Virus record (IMG/VR): IMGVR_UViG_3300030330_001725
Coordinates: 1-47,894 of that record
Source of the DNA: a virus
Lineage: Duplodnaviria; Caudoviricetes
DNA: 47,894 nucleotides
Reading direction: 5' to 3' (one strand)
Shown: positions 40,247 to 47,894 of the stretch, piece after piece
How the letters are laid out: each line of letters starts with the position of its first letter
How positions within the stretch are numbered: position 1 is the first letter of the stretch
The notes under the pieces: model-generated
What the model saw: only the letters and a program-made list of their open reading frames with translations
Told to the model about the DNA's origin: nothing
Database searches by the model: none
Made by a program: the position numbers and the translations under genes

Positions 40247-42301
40247 ATGAAAAATATATTATTTATATTATTACTACCTATATTAACTTTTGCTCAAAAA
40301 GAAGTTGTTATACATATAAAAACAGATGGTTATCCTAGCGAGACTAGATGGGTTTTGTATGACTCTGCGTATCAAGGCGATACTATAGACTACGTAGATT
40401 ACGGTCATTACACGCAACCTAATTTTATGCATAGAGACACTTTGTATATTGACAGCGTACAAAATATATCTTTTGTTATATACGATAGTTATGGAGATGG
40501 TATTATAAATGGAGAGTATTATGTTACTATATGCGGTGACACTGTGGTTGATTATCCTGTTAGTACTTTTACTAGCGGTTTAATACATAATAGGGCTGTA
40601 CCACAGTGCTTACCTAATCCACCTCCACCACTAGGTCCTTGTGTACCAACAATGATAAATATAAATCTCGATCAGTTTACAGATGAAACTAGTTGGGAAA
40701 TAACAGATACAATGGGTAATGTTTTAATATCAGGAGGCCCATATCCAAATGTTCCTGATTACCAACCACAATATATTCCAACTTGCCTTCCTACAGGTGT
40801 TTTAAGGTTTACGATATTTGATACGTATGGAGATGGTTTAGCTGGAAGCCAGTGGGGTGGAAACGATGGTTCGTATTACTTAATACAATGTGGCGATACC
40901 TTAGTGCTTGGTACCACACCTAATTTTGGGACAGATTCCACACATGTATTTATAAGTGATACTTGTATACCACCACCGCCAGTGCCGGGCTGTATGGACA
41001 ACAATTATATAGAATTTAATCCAGCAGCCACAGTAAGTGATAGTAGCTGTGCTACTTTAAAAATATATGGTTGTACTGATAGTACAATGTTTAACTACGA
41101 CTCGACTGCAAACACTATGGATTACATAGATAGTTGCGATTACACTCTTGTGTTACATGATCTTGCAGGTAATGGTTGGGTTGGTAGTAGATTAGAAATT
41201 TATCAAGACGATACGTTTCAGTTTGTAATGACATCTGGTTTTAATCAAACTTATATTCTACAATTAAAAGCACCTAAGTTAGTTAGAGCTAAGTTTTTTA
41301 TTAATCAACAAGCTTCACAAACAACACCTGAATGTGGATTTACTTTAATAAATCCTATGGGTGATACTGTTATAAGTGTCAAGCCACCATTTATGCAACC
41401 GTTTTTTGTTTACGGTGGTATAACTTATTGTGGCAATGAGTGTATTGAAATAGTTGAAGGATGTATGGATAGCACTGCTTTTAACTATGATAGCACTGCT
41501 AATATGCCGTTACCTTGTTATTATGTACCTGGTTGTATGTCTCCTGCGTATCTAGAGTACCATATCGATACATCTAACGGGGTTTATACAGATTTTAATA
41601 TACAGGACAGCTGTAACACATTAGCTGTGTTTGGATGTACAGATACGGCTTCGTTTAATTATGACTCTATAGCCAATGTAGATAATGGTGGGTGCGTTCC
41701 TATAGTATTAGGCTGCATGGAAACTTTTGCTTTCAATTATAATCCTCTTGCTAATACTGATGATGGAAGTTGTGTACCTTATATCTATGGTTGTATAGAC
41801 CCAACAATGTTTAATTATGACCCAAATGCTAACACAGACAATGGGAGTTGTATACCATTTATTTATGGGTGTACTGATTCTACTGCTTTTAACTACGATC
41901 CAAATGCTAATGCAGATAATGGTTCGTGTATACAGTTTATTAGTGGTTGTATGGACTCAGATGCTTGGAATTACAACGCATCGGCAAATGTTAATGACAC
42001 TAGCGCTTGTCTTTACGCTGCTAATTGTATCACTGGTCCTGGTAATCCTTATTTTTTAAACGATCCTTGTTATGCTTGGGTAATAGATGTAGATGAGTAT
42101 TGTTGTACAAACGACTGGGATAGTATATGTCAATTAACTTACGATTACTGTGAAGGAACTTGGGTAGGACCTATACCTCAACGTGTATCACAACTAATAA
42201 TGATAACAGATATACTAGGTAGACCTGCTATAATAGAGAAAAACAAATTATTGTTCTTTATATATAGAGATGGAACAGTTGAAAAGAAATTTATAAAATG
42301 A
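40247..42301 (+). CDS. Secreted Cys-rich repeat surface protein with T9SS CTD-like tail
   Basis: Signal peptide MKNILFILLLPILTFA-Q; two ET.W...D.YGDG domains; nine GCxD..NY..AN..DxSC-type repeats; C-terminal ITDILGR..FIYRDGTVEKKFIK. Confidence 0.75.
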   Translation: MKNILFILLLPILTFAQKEVVIHIKTDGYPSETRWVLYDSAYQGDTIDYVDYGHYTQPNFMHRDTLYIDSVQNISFVIYDSYGDGIINGEYYVTICGDTVVDYPVSTFTSGLIHNRAVPQCLPNPPPPLGPCVPTMININLDQFTDETSWEITDTMGNVLISGGPYPNVPDYQPQYIPTCLPTGVLRFTIFDTYGDGLAGSQWGGNDGSYYLIQCGDTLVLGTTPNFGTDSTHVFISDTCIPPPPVPGCMDNNYIEFNPAATVSDSSCATLKIYGCTDSTMFNYDSTANTMDYIDSCDYTLVLHDLAGNGWVGSRLEIYQDDTFQFVMTSGFNQTYILQLKAPKLVRAKFFINQQASQTTPECGFTLINPMGDTVISVKPPFMQPFFVYGGITYCGNECIEIVEGCMDSTAFNYDSTANMPLPCYYVPGCMSPAYLEYHIDTSNGVYTDFNIQDSCNTLAVFGCTDTASFNYDSIANVDNGGCVPIVLGCMETFAFNYNPLANTDDGSCVPYIYGCIDPTMFNYDPNANTDNGSCIPFIYGCTDSTAFNYDPNANADNGSCIQFISGCMDSDAWNYNASANVNDTSACLYAANCITGPGNPYFLNDPCYAWVIDVDEYCCTNDWDSICQLTYDYCEGTWVGPIPQRVSQLIMITDILGRPAIIEKNKLLFFIYRDGTVEKKFIK
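40988..42010 (+). repeat. Coding repeats GC[TM]D-x3-[FW]NY-x3-AN-x2-[DN]GSC
   Basis: Nine copies, one degenerate; last five in tandem at about 26 aa spacing. Confidence 0.85.
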
Positions 42302-43347
42302 AAAAAGTACTATTAGTTATATTAATTATTTTATTTTCTTGTGCCACGCCTAAAAAATGTTGTGGACAAGACAATATAAAAGATATATTTAAGTTCTCTA
42401 CTTTTTATGCAGCTGTAAATGGTGGTACTTCTATATCAGACGTAGAAACTTATAGTGTTACAGATGGTTTAGGTATTGAAACAATACAAACGCCTTATGA
42501 TTATAACTTAACTTTAGGTATACGTAAAATAGCTAGGTTTGGTTATGAAAACAGAGCTAATACGTTTTATGATGGTACTGAGTCTAATTATAGTGATGCT
42601 GCTACAATAGGCAAAAGAAACGGCACAGAGTTTTTATTTCAAGTAGATTATAAAAGACAAGAAGGTGTAGAGTATTTAGATCAACATCATTTTATAAGAT
42701 ATGTAGCTAACGACTGGATAGCTAAAGCAGAGTATTTAGTAGATGGTTTTGCAGATATAGAATACTTTGAAACATCACAAAGGTATAGATACGATCTTGG
42801 TAAAATAAGTTTTAATATTGGAGCCGTGCAAAGATTATCTGAGCCTTACGGTTATGATCCGCTAGATATATGGAGGCTTGATAATGGTAATATACATTAT
42901 ACTTATTTAGCATTACAAGAAGGTTATAATGTAGATGTTTATCATGACATGTACTACAATCCAGACGGTGATATAGTAGCATACTCTTCAGACGTGTGGG
43001 AACAAGTTGTAATACCACAAGTATTAGCTAATTATGTTGAGAAGAAAAGAGAAGAGTTAGATAATAAACTACAACACTCATTAGTTGTAGGTTTAGATTA
43101 CTATTACTACAATAAAATTTTCTGGGTACATACTTGGGCTAACTTAATGCCATATCACTATAATGACAAAGACGAGTTTAGTTATCATAATTATATTGAT
43201 GGTCAGTGGTTAGATTACTCAGGTGGTTTAATATTTGGACAGAAGATAAATAAAAGGCTAGGTGTATTTGCTGAAGGTAAGTATAATAAGTACTGGAATA
43301 GAGAGTGGTACGATTTTAAAATGGGTATTAATTATATAATAAGATAA
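42298..43347 (+). CDS. Putative outer-membrane beta-barrel or lipoprotein
   Basis: Signal peptide with LFSC lipobox-like site; Tyr/Trp/Gly-rich alternating strands; terminal strand FKMGINYII. Confidence 0.55.
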   Translation: MKKVLLVILIILFSCATPKKCCGQDNIKDIFKFSTFYAAVNGGTSISDVETYSVTDGLGIETIQTPYDYNLTLGIRKIARFGYENRANTFYDGTESNYSDAATIGKRNGTEFLFQVDYKRQEGVEYLDQHHFIRYVANDWIAKAEYLVDGFADIEYFETSQRYRYDLGKISFNIGAVQRLSEPYGYDPLDIWRLDNGNIHYTYLALQEGYNVDVYHDMYYNPDGDIVAYSSDVWEQVVIPQVLANYVEKKREELDNKLQHSLVVGLDYYYYNKIFWVHTWANLMPYHYNDKDEFSYHNYIDGQWLDYSGGLIFGQKINKRLGVFAEGKYNKYWNREWYDFKMGINYIIR

Positions 43348-43736
43348 TGGCTTACGTACAAAAAAATAATCCTTTTACAAAGACTAGATGCGGTAGGCGT
43401 TATGGTCCACTAAACGATATGTTAATGGGTGATTTTAAATCTCCTTTTGAAAAAGCAGATCCACGTAGAACTATAGGTAAAGGTAAAAATTTTAATCCAG
43501 TATCAAAAGATAAAAGCGCTACAGGTGGAGCTGCAGGTGGTGGTATGACAAAAAAAGGAGTAGCTGAATACAAACGTAATAATCCAGGTAGCAAACTAAA
43601 AACAGCTGTAACGACTAAACCTTCAAAGTTAAAGCCAGGTAGTAAAGATGCAAAACGTAGAAAATCATTTTGTGCTAGATCAAAAAATTGGACTAGTGAA
43701 AGAGGTAAAGCAGCAAGAAGAAGATGGAACTGTTAA
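43347..43736 (+). CDS. Small basic phage protein (RRKSFCAR type)
   Basis: MAYVQKNNPF leader, KSPFEK, then GGMTKKG..RRKSFCARS..RRWNC. Confidence 0.75.
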   Translation: MAYVQKNNPFTKTRCGRRYGPLNDMLMGDFKSPFEKADPRRTIGKGKNFNPVSKDKSATGGAAGGGMTKKGVAEYKRNNPGSKLKTAVTTKPSKLKPGSKDAKRRKSFCARSKNWTSERGKAARRRWNC

Positions 43737-44251
43737 AAGGCTTTCCAATACAAAAATATTTAGATAAAAAACCACCTAGTGATAACTCAACAACTACTAA
43801 AGGTGAAGTTAAAGAATTAACTAAATTACCTATTAGAGAAAAATTTATAAAAGAAAAAGATAATATTAAAAAATCTTTTGAAGGTATAGTAGGTAAAGAA
43901 CCTATGATACAAAAATTAATTAATGAGTCAGCGCCTATTATAATGAAAATTAAAAAACATCATAATAGACCAAGACCAAAAGTAATAGCTAAAAAAATTA
44001 AAACAAAAATGGAAGACATGGAGATGGCTTCGATGAAAACACCTTCTTACCCGTCTGGTCATTCAGTGCAAGGTGTATTAATAGCTAACGCTTTAGCTGA
44101 TAAATATCCTAACAAAAGAAGTAAATTAAAAAAAATGGGTAGAGATATATCATATAGCAGAAGATCTGCTAGAGCTCATTACAAATCAGACTCTTTGTTT
44201 GGTGAGCAAATAGGAAAAGATATGTATAACTATATAAAAAGTAAAATATGA
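43724..44251 (+). CDS. PAP2-superfamily phosphatase
   Basis: All three motifs present: K-x6-RP (KKHHNRPRP), PSYPSGHS, SR-x5-H-x3-D (SRRSARAHYKSD). Confidence 0.85.
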   Translation: MELLKGFPIQKYLDKKPPSDNSTTTKGEVKELTKLPIREKFIKEKDNIKKSFEGIVGKEPMIQKLINESAPIIMKIKKHHNRPRPKVIAKKIKTKMEDMEMASMKTPSYPSGHSVQGVLIANALADKYPNKRSKLKKMGRDISYSRRSARAHYKSDSLFGEQIGKDMYNYIKSKI

Positions 44252-44487
44252 GAATGAGAAACGCACCGTTAAAAGCTTTTGCTAACAAAGAAAAATTACA
44301 AAAAATATCAGGAGAGTTGAAAAAAGCTAGCAACTTACACGCTGGTCAAGCAAAAAAAATAGATAAAATGCTTGACTCACCTATGAAAGGTAAATTAAAG
44401 CCTTGTCAAAAAGCCGCTGCTAAAAAGAAGTTTGACGTATATCCATCTGCTTACGCTAACATGTGGGCTTCAAACTACAAGTGCTAA
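44248..44487 (+). CDS. Small basic phage protein (YPSAYAN type)
   Basis: MRMRNAPLK leader, SPMK, then AKKKFDVYPSAYAN. Confidence 0.7.
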   Translation: MRMRNAPLKAFANKEKLQKISGELKKASNLHAGQAKKIDKMLDSPMKGKLKPCQKAAAKKKFDVYPSAYANMWASNYKC

Positions 44488-44945
44488 TGGCTTTTAAAAT
44501 GAAAGGTTCGCCAATGTACAGGAATTACGGTATTGGTAAATCACCTAATAAAACTATGGGTTACGAGGTTAAAATAGAAAAAGGTAAAGTTGTTAGCGCT
44601 AAAGAAAGACCTCATGGTAATTTTAAACCAGGTAGAGAAGGTGAAGAGCAGCATGAGCAATATCATGATGTTTATCCTGAAAAACCTTTTACTGATGCAG
44701 AAGGTAGACCTTTTAAAGCTACTCGTAAAGTTTGTTTGCCTAAAGCTAAAATAGCTCGTATGAGTAAAGCTGAAAGGCAAAAAGTTATTAACGCTAAAAG
44801 ATCTGCGGCTGCACAAGGTAAAACAAGAAGAAGTTCAAAGAGCTTTATTAGAGATGGTAGTACTAAAAGTAGAGGACTGAGAGACTGGGTTAAACAAGAC
44901 TGGAGACAAGTAGGTAATCCGTCTAAAAAATGTGGTGAGAAATAA
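44487..44945 (+). CDS. Basic protein, MAFKMKG leader family
   Basis: Start at 44487 via TAATG overlap gives MAFKMKGSPMYR; C-half VCLPKAK..LRDWVKQDW..CG. Confidence 0.75.
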   Translation: MAFKMKGSPMYRNYGIGKSPNKTMGYEVKIEKGKVVSAKERPHGNFKPGREGEEQHEQYHDVYPEKPFTDAEGRPFKATRKVCLPKAKIARMSKAERQKVINAKRSAAAQGKTRRSSKSFIRDGSTKSRGLRDWVKQDWRQVGNPSKKCGEK

Positions 44946-45226
44946 TGAGTTTATATAGATATAGTCCATTAAAAAAGAAAAAGACATCTAAGTCTATTAC
45001 TTGGCACGACTCAGATGCTCCTGATGCCAAAGGTAAATTTAAAAACTTATCTAACTCTGCGTTAGCTAGCTGGTTAATTAGAACTCGTAAAGGTAACTTA
45101 TCTAAAATAATAAGTAGTTTAAACCAACAGTACGTATTTAATAGAGGTAAAAATCCTACTTACGCTCGTAAAATGAAAACAGTTATGAACATAGTTAGAA
45201 AACGTTTAGGTAAAAAGAAAAAATGA
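44945..45226 (+). CDS. Small basic hypothetical protein
   Basis: MSLYRYSPLKK start; TAATG coupled. Confidence 0.7.
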   Translation: MSLYRYSPLKKKKTSKSITWHDSDAPDAKGKFKNLSNSALASWLIRTRKGNLSKIISSLNQQYVFNRGKNPTYARKMKTVMNIVRKRLGKKKK

Positions 45227-45681
45227 GTAAAGCTTATAGAGGAGTTTTAAAAGCTAGAATATCTAAGCTATACGGAGGAGATGTTACTGTAGAAAAAGCT
45301 AGAAAATTAAAAGCTAGACCTAGCGCAACGCCAAGAGACAAACAATTAGCAAACTGGTTTATTAATATGCAAACAAACAGACCTTCGCCTAATAAACGTA
45401 AAGATCCTTTAGTAGGCACAGGTAAAAAACCTAAAGGTAGCGGTAGACGTTTATATACGGATGAAAATCCAAAAGATACTGTTAGTATAAAATTTGCTAC
45501 AGTATCTGATGCTAGAAAAACAATAGCTAAAGTAATGCGTATAAACAAACCTTACGCTAGAAAAGTACAGATACTTACTGTGTTAGAACAAAGAGCTAGA
45601 GTTATGGGTAAGATGGAGCAAGCAAGATTAGCTAAGCAAGCAAAATTAACATTAAAGAAAAGACATGGAAAAGATAAGTAA
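45223..45681 (+). CDS. Basic two-part hypothetical protein
   Basis: SPNK followed by GTGKKPKGSGRRLYTDENPKDTV segment. Confidence 0.7.
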   Translation: MSKAYRGVLKARISKLYGGDVTVEKARKLKARPSATPRDKQLANWFINMQTNRPSPNKRKDPLVGTGKKPKGSGRRLYTDENPKDTVSIKFATVSDARKTIAKVMRINKPYARKVQILTVLEQRARVMGKMEQARLAKQAKLTLKKRHGKDK

Positions 45682-46126
45682 ACATATAAGCTGGCATGAA
45701 GGTACGTACAGCAGGACTGGTGAAAGAAGAAATTTAGACAATACACCTAATGAAGAGCAGCTTAAATGTATGAAAGAAGTTGCTGAAAATTTATTTGAGC
45801 CATTACGTGAGTGGGTTGGAGGTCCTATAAAAATAAATAGTTTTTTTAGGGGCGAGCCTGTTAATACAGCGATAGGTGGTAGTAGAAAATCACAACACAT
45901 GAAAGGTCAAGCTATAGATATTGACGACACGTTTGGACATAAAACAAACGCTGAGATGTATCATTACATAAAAGATAATTTAGACTTTGATCAAATGATA
46001 TGGGAGTTTGGTACAGATAAAAATCCTAACTGGCTACATATTAGTTGGGTGTCACATAGACCAAATAGAAAAAAGTTAACGGTCGCTAAAAAAATAAAAG
46101 GTAGAACTAAATATATACATTTATAA
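45665..46126 (+). CDS. Endolysin, peptidase M15 family
   Basis: INSFFR..N..IGGS..SQH..GQAID..WLHISW zinc-binding pattern. Confidence 0.88.
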   Translation: MEKISKHISWHEGTYSRTGERRNLDNTPNEEQLKCMKEVAENLFEPLREWVGGPIKINSFFRGEPVNTAIGGSRKSQHMKGQAIDIDDTFGHKTNAEMYHYIKDNLDFDQMIWEFGTDKNPNWLHISWVSHRPNRKKLTVAKKIKGRTKYIHL

Positions 46127-46152
46127 AAAAAAAGGGGCGTTAGCCCCTTTAT
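46125..46152. terminator. Bidirectional terminator between convergent arms
   Basis: A-run, aaaggggc-gtta-gccccttt stem, then T-rich sequence. Confidence 0.85.
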
Positions 46153-46353
46153 TTATACAGTAACAGAATTTTTTTGCCGTTGTACTTCAACTCTTACGTC
46201 TTGAGCCATATTTTTTATTTGCTGCATAGCTTTTCTAAGTCTTGTTCCAGCTGAGTTGTTACCTTCTACAAACTTTTCAGCTTCAACTTCACAACTTTCA
46301 AAAACATTTCCCATTGCCATCATTGTTTTAATTACATTATTTTCTGAATACAT
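46153..46353 (-). CDS. Histone H1-like (Hc1-type) nucleoid protein
   Basis: EAEKFVEGNNSAGTRLRKAMQQIK..AQDVR matches the KF..GN..AGTR.RK signature. Confidence 0.75.
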   Translation of the reverse strand: MYSENNVIKTMMAMGNVFESCEVEAEKFVEGNNSAGTRLRKAMQQIKNMAQDVRVEVQRQKNSVTV

Positions 46354-46368
46354 TTAATTTAATTTAAG

Positions 46369-47894
46369 TTATAGGCTTGTTACTTCACAAGATCCACCGG
46401 CACAAGCCAGTTCGCCTGATAGATCTGTATTATCATTTAACTCTACTACCTTAGTTAAATCTATATCTTGAAGTAGTTTAGTCATCTCATCATATTTAGT
46501 TTTACTTATATCTTCAAATGGAGCTTGAGTATACGTACCGCCATCATAAGGCAAGACAGATAAACCGTTATAGTTATTTCTGTTTTCCCACATCCACTCA
46601 CCAGCTTGTTTCCACTCTTTATCTTTCAAACTTATTGTAGCTGAAACGTTGTGAGTATTACTACCTTTTCTATGACCAGCTTTAACCCAGTCGTTAGCTA
46701 CACGTTTAACACGTTCTAATAAATCAAAAGCAGACTCTGTTCTTACAATAGAACCTTTAGGTGCTGATTGTGGTATTTCAATAACAGCAGTATCGTGAGG
46801 CCTGAAATATTCATCTTGTACTAACTCAGGATGATTAATAGATAAATAAGTATATATAGCTTCGTTTTTACCTACGCGCATCCTACGGATGTAATGTTTA
46901 TTATGCCATGCGTGAATACCTGAAGACGTACCGAGTACCAGAGATGTCGTTCCTGCAGGTTTAACACACGTCGTACGCGCAGCTGAATTAATACCAATAG
47001 TCTTAGCTGTTATCCTGTTCATCATTTTTACTTGATCAGCAGCTTGATTTAAATCTAACTTCATAACTTTACCGCTACCAATACCAGTCATTGATACACC
47101 TATTAAAGCGTCGCGCTCTGTTGTCTCTTGCCAAACTTCTCTAAGATAATGAAACTCTGTATAACCAGCTTGCAACGTACCTATAAAAGCAGCAGCGGTA
47201 ACTCTATCGTTTAACTCCTCTTGCGTGTCTACATCAGATACGTTTACTTCACATAAGTTACAAAACTGAAAAGGTCTTAATGCTATTTCACAACATGGAT
47301 TAGTACCCCAGTCTTTATCGTTATTAAAATATATACCAGGTTCACCAGAACCAGATAACTCTATACGTTTCCATAAATCCATAAAAAACTCTTTAGTTAT
47401 TTTATGTCTCATAAGTACCGCTGAGTTATTAGCTCTACCTCTTTGTGGATCTGTTTCCCACCATTGACCTGACTTACAAGCTATCATTTCTTCATCGTAA
47501 GCTGAAAACAAAGATATAAGCGCTGCTCTACGTATACCGCCAGCTAGCACAGCATCAGCGATATGACAAACAATATCGTGTACTTCAATACTTTTAAGTT
47601 TTTCACCATCTTGTTTAGCATCTAATATACCTTTAATTTTTACTAAGCACTCTCTTAGTGGTTGAGGCCCTGGTGCTTTACCACCTGATGTAACTAGTCT
47701 AGCACCTTTAGGTCTTATGTCTGAGTAATCAAACTTTATTTTAGATGAACGTTTACCACCCATATAAGACTTAATTAATACTTTAATAGCATCAGACCAA
47801 CCTTCAATACTATCGCCAATAACAAACCTACGTTTTCTAACTACATGTGGTTTAATTATCTCTGGTAACTTTTTAATGTTATGTAACTGTACCG
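46369..47894 (-). CDS. nrdJ: Class II (B12-dependent) ribonucleoside-triphosphate reductase, 5' part outside window
   Basis: GGIRRAALI, GEPG, GTNPCCEI, FCNL, TCVKPAGTTS, C-terminal ACAGGSC; frame stays open to the window edge (..IGDSIEGWSDA..). Confidence 0.93.
   Translation of the reverse strand, partial: VQLHNIKKLPEIIKPHVVRKRRFVIGDSIEGWSDAIKVLIKSYMGGKRSSKIKFDYSDIRPKGARLVTSGGKAPGPQPLRECLVKIKGILDAKQDGEKLKSIEVHDIVCHIADAVLAGGIRRAALISLFSAYDEEMIACKSGQWWETDPQRGRANNSAVLMRHKITKEFFMDLWKRIELSGSGEPGIYFNNDKDWGTNPCCEIALRPFQFCNLCEVNVSDVDTQEELNDRVTAAAFIGTLQAGYTEFHYLREVWQETTERDALIGVSMTGIGSGKVMKLDLNQAADQVKMMNRITAKTIGINSAARTTCVKPAGTTSLVLGTSSGIHAWHNKHYIRRMRVGKNEAIYTYLSINHPELVQDEYFRPHDTAVIEIPQSAPKGSIVRTESAFDLLERVKRVANDWVKAGHRKGSNTHNVSATISLKDKEWKQAGEWMWENRNNYNGLSVLPYDGGTYTQAPFEDISKTKYDEMTKLLQDIDLTKVVELNDNTDLSGELACAGGSCEVTSL

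Noticed and set aside
44463-44486. Track start of ORF 44463 (MGFKLQVL, GTG)
   Set aside because: ATG at 44487 overlaps the upstream stop (TAATG) and yields the family leader MAFKMKG
970-45900. Numerous minus-strand and alternative-frame ORFs in the track (e.g. 2243-2653, 2278-2832, 3885-4445, 14900-15325, 38934-39281)
   Set aside because: Shadows of well-supported + strand genes; F/S/L-rich antisense composition and no motifs
1-47894. Stop-codon reassignment as in some crAss-like phages
   Set aside because: Standard code gives long intact ORFs at high coding density; TAG is used as a normal stop (3092, 39593)
1-47894. tRNA, rRNA, integrase, transposase, reverse transcriptase/DGR, introns or inteins
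   Set aside because: No cloverleaf-sized GC-rich intergenic segment or relevant motifs seen by eye; terL, MCP and the visible part of nrdJ appear uninterrupted; a covariance-model scan was not run

Overview
The window is a ~48 kb piece of an AT-rich, tailed dsDNA phage genome. It is most consistent with a marine Bacteroidota (Flavobacteria) podovirus with a crAss/Cellulophaga-phage-like virion module: A-rich translation starts without Shine-Dalgarno sequences and a T9SS-type cargo gene both point to that host. A divergent control region (123-485, with G6 tracts and an inverted repeat) precedes one long + strand block. That block holds small basic proteins, groEL-groES, a holin, a LamG protein, a tandem GroES-like protein, terS/terL, portal, scaffold, major capsid, ring/adaptor and muzzle proteins, three internal/ejected proteins (one of 3065 aa with zincin, HAD and CCCH domains), a four-gene secreted/outer-membrane cassette, more small basic proteins, a PAP2 phosphatase and an M15 endolysin. 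It converges at a bidirectional terminator with minus-strand Hc1-like and class II RNR genes. Two unexplained patterns stand out. First, about a dozen otherwise unrelated proteins share an N-terminal M-[AG]-[FY]-K-M-K-G-type leader and/or an S-[PA]-hydrophobic-K boundary motif, and one member is an HExxH metalloprotease; this suggests a capsid-targeting and processing system for virion cargo. Second, the phage encodes a membrane protein / CxxC-less thioredoxin / Cys-repeat T9SS-type cargo / beta-barrel cassette. All product calls come from motif recognition and gene context only; no searches were run.
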